Assembly: GCF_001194135.2 (NCBI RefSeq)
Contig: NC_069000.1
Coordinates: 39,377,573-39,441,572 of the forward strand
DNA: 64,000 nt
Source: Octopus bimaculoides
Taxonomy: Eukaryota
Reading direction: 5' to 3'
The stretch's first letter is position 1. Each line of letters opens with the position of its first letter. The notes beneath the pieces were generated by a model. That model searched no databases, was not told where the DNA came from, and saw only the letters and a program-made list of their open reading frames with translations. This document shows positions 62,985-64,000 of this stretch, piece after piece. The translations under genes were made by a program, and so were the position numbers.

Positions 62985-63077
62985 CAAATGTTTGGCGGTA
63001 TTTCGTCTGCCGTTACGTTCTGAGTTCAAATTCCGCCGAGGTCGACTTTACCTTTCATGCTTTCGGGGTATATATAA
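62985..63077 (+). mobile_element. Family-B SINE internal fragment
   Basis: ggcggtatttcgtctgccgttacgttctgagttcaaattccgccgaggtcgactttacctttcatgctttcgggg. Confidence 0.85.
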
Positions 63078-63079
63078 GT

Positions 63080-63249
63080 GTTGCCTCTTTGTCCAGCATT
63101 CGCCATGATAGATCGCTAGCCACTAAACCTTTTTCTATTTTCTCTCCCTGTTTATTTTTTTGTTCCTTTCTGTCGAAGAGTGTAGGCTCGAAACGTAAAA
63201 ACTTTCTCACTTCCCGAACGTTAAACTAATACATCTGTTTTATAAATTC

Positions 63250-63255
<6 letters not shown>
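63080..63255 (+). mobile_element. PLE-type repeat with hammerhead-like motif, ending in (TA)n
   Basis: ttt-CTGTCGA-a-gagt-gtag-gctc-GAAA-CGT-A-aaa at 63167-63200; homologous to 18560-18800. Confidence 0.65.
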
Positions 63256-63284
<29 letters not shown>

Positions 63285-63827
63285 NNNNNNNNNNNNNNNN
63301 NNNNNNNNNNNNNNNNNNNNNNNNNNNNNNNNNNNNNNNNNNNNNNNNNNNNNNNNNNNNNNNNNNNNNNNNNNNNNNNNNNNNNNNNNNNNNNNNNNNN
63401 NNNNNNNNNNNNNNNNNNNNNNNNNNNNNNNNNNNNNNNNNNNNNNNNNNNNNNNNNNNNNNNNNNNNNNNNNNNNNNNNNNNNNNNNNNNNNNNNNNNN
63501 NNNNNNNNNNNNNNNNNNNNNNNNNNNNNNNNNNNNNNNNNNNNNNNNNNNNNNNNNNNNNNNNNNNNNNNNNNNNNNNNNNNNNNNNNNNNNNNNNNNN
63601 NNNNNNNNNNNNNNNNNNNNNNNNNNNNNNNNNNNNNNNNNNNNNNNNNNNNNNNNNNNNNNNNNNNNNNNNNNNNNNNNNNNNNNNNNNNNNNNNNNNN
63701 NNNNNNNNNNNNNNNNNNNNNNNNNNNNNNNNNNNNNNNNNNNNNNNNNNNNNNNNNNNNNNNNNNNNNNNNNNNNNNNNNNNNNNNNNNNNNNNNNNNN
63801 NNNNNNNNNNNNNNNNNNNNNNNNNNN

Positions 63828-63865
<38 letters not shown>

Positions 63866-64000
63866 TTTAGAATATTTAAATTACAGTAACATTAAAAGAA
63901 AATGTAGTATACGTAGACAGAGATGGACTAACATGTACATAACATTCATGAAACATATACAGACATTTAGGGCTAGGTAGATACACACTTGTCCACAGAT

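Larger units (their letters stand above)
4177..63827. other. 17 assembly gaps (N-runs) across this span, ~8.5 kb total
   Basis: N-runs start at 4177, 5356, 9415, 10891, 13110, 15267, 19679, 30547, 39700, 44400, 45933, 48052, 56961, 58100, 59624, 61555 and 63285. Most are bounded by (TA)n/(CT)n or by SINE sequence. Confidence 0.98.

Noticed and set aside
1-64000. Prokaryotic or viral systems (operons, defence islands, endogenous viral ORFs)
   Set aside because: No gene-dense region and no long unexplained ORF other than the GPCR.

Overview
This is AT-rich, repeat-dense eukaryotic (animal) DNA with 17 assembly gaps (~8.5 kb of N), most bounded by (TA)n or (CT)n microsatellites. The microsatellite load and the tRNA-derived SINE families point to a cephalopod, probably Octopus; this is an inference from remembered repeat sequences, not a database result. 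There is one credible protein-coding gene: an intronless 364-aa class A peptide-receptor-like GPCR (38331-39425, +). It keeps DRY and D2.50 but carries unusual substitutions in the N1.50/N7.49/Y7.53 activation network. The rest is a layered transposon record: several modular tRNA-SINE families (some with clear target-site duplications, nested or in inverted clusters), R4/Dong-like restriction-endonuclease LINE fragments associated with (AAT)n, Penelope-like element (PLE) fragments, CR1-group and RTE remnants, mariner remnants and a Helitron helicase remnant. The most notable non-standard signals are: (i) dispersed minimal hammerhead-ribozyme-like motifs in PLE-type repeats; (ii) an 88-bp-arm, 93%-identical foldback ~1.4 kb downstream of the GPCR; (iii) a ~550-bp non-coding element inserted into (AAT)n, possibly a non-autonomous R4/Dong partner; (iv) SINE copies inserted into or next to copies of their own family, creating long inverted repeats. 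No CRISPR array, rRNA, true tRNA gene or prokaryotic system was found. All family assignments come from manual translation and motif recognition.
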